Below, one piece after another: positions 63,534 through 64,000 of a stretch of 64,000 nucleotides of DNA. The translations under genes and the position numbers were made by a program. Under the pieces are notes generated by a model. The model did no database searches, was not told the origin of the DNA, and worked only from the letters and a program-made list of their open reading frames with translations. This stretch comes from Takakia lepidozioides (taxonomy: Eukaryota > Plantae > Bryophyta). Within the stretch, counting starts at the first letter, position 1. Each line of letters opens with the position of its first letter. The stretch lies in NCBI GenBank assembly GCA_030704615.1, contig CM060732.1:8866001-8930000 (forward strand), given 5' to 3'.

Positions 63534-64000
63534 ATGCAGAAGATGTTTGCATGCCTAACTCGAAAGGTCGAGGTGGTGGAGGGATCACAGGAATCCGAAG
63601 AGCAGCAGGAAGAATCCGTGGAACTAGCTGTAGCACGCACACCCACCCGATCCACGAGCACGGGTCTCCCTGCCGGGCCTAGCCCTGTGCGTTTCAAGGA
63701 CGCGGTTTGGAAAGGCAAGGCTTTGCAGTTCCAAGCCCCAGAGAAACAGTCGCGTTTGAAGGTCATGGAGAATCGCCAGCAGGAGTCGGGCCCTTCTCCA
63801 ACAAAGACGAAGAAGAAGCAGCCCGTCCTTGAACTGGTTTCTGAACCGGACCAAGGCCGTTTCCTCCCCCCCTAAGAGAATGAAGCAGAAGGATGCAGTG
63901 CAGATTGAAATGCAGCAGACGCCTTCACCTGTAAGAATGAAGAAGCAGAAGGCAAACAGGGGGAGGTTGGAGCAATCTCCCACAAAACCGATTCCACGAG
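63534..64000 (+). pseudogene. 5' start of the ParB-like/MTase gene in copy 2
   Basis: MQKMFACLTRKVEVVEGSQESEEQQ..., homologous to 40543 onward. Confidence 0.55.

Larger units (their letters stand above)
58356..64000. mobile_element. Second partial copy of the Mutator-like element (transposase 5' part, palindrome array, start of the ParB-like gene)
   Basis: Collinear with 34534-~41007 at high identity; continues off the right edge. Confidence 0.9.

Overview
Eukaryotic DNA, most likely from a non-seed land plant (moss-like). 1-23.3 kb: a multi-exon minus-strand gene for the TPLATE/TSET subunit TWD40-1. It runs off the left edge, and its introns hold six copies of one RTEX-like LINE, including a full-length copy with an antisense copy nested inside it that forms a ~1.25 kb inverted repeat. 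23.7-30.7 kb: a decayed Ty3/Gypsy-type element (gag-PR-[DNMT3-like C5 methyltransferase]-deleted RT/RH-IN-PHD) with no visible LTRs and an A-rich tail. 32-64 kb: a large Mutator-like DNA transposon with an 8-bp TSD and short TIRs. It encodes a GCM-like Zn domain + DDE + SWIM transposase and, divergently, a ParB/Srx-like + beta-class amino-DNA-methyltransferase-like gene. Between the two genes is a ~3 kb array of 53-bp units built on the palindrome CGGAAATGCGG-YR-CCGCATTTCCG. The element appears split by an inversion (~43.0-58.36 kb), carries a Galadriel-like chromovirus with unequal LTRs in an intron, and is followed by a second partial copy. All TE ORFs are interrupted by stops or frameshifts. 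Family assignments come from motif recognition by eye; no database search was run.
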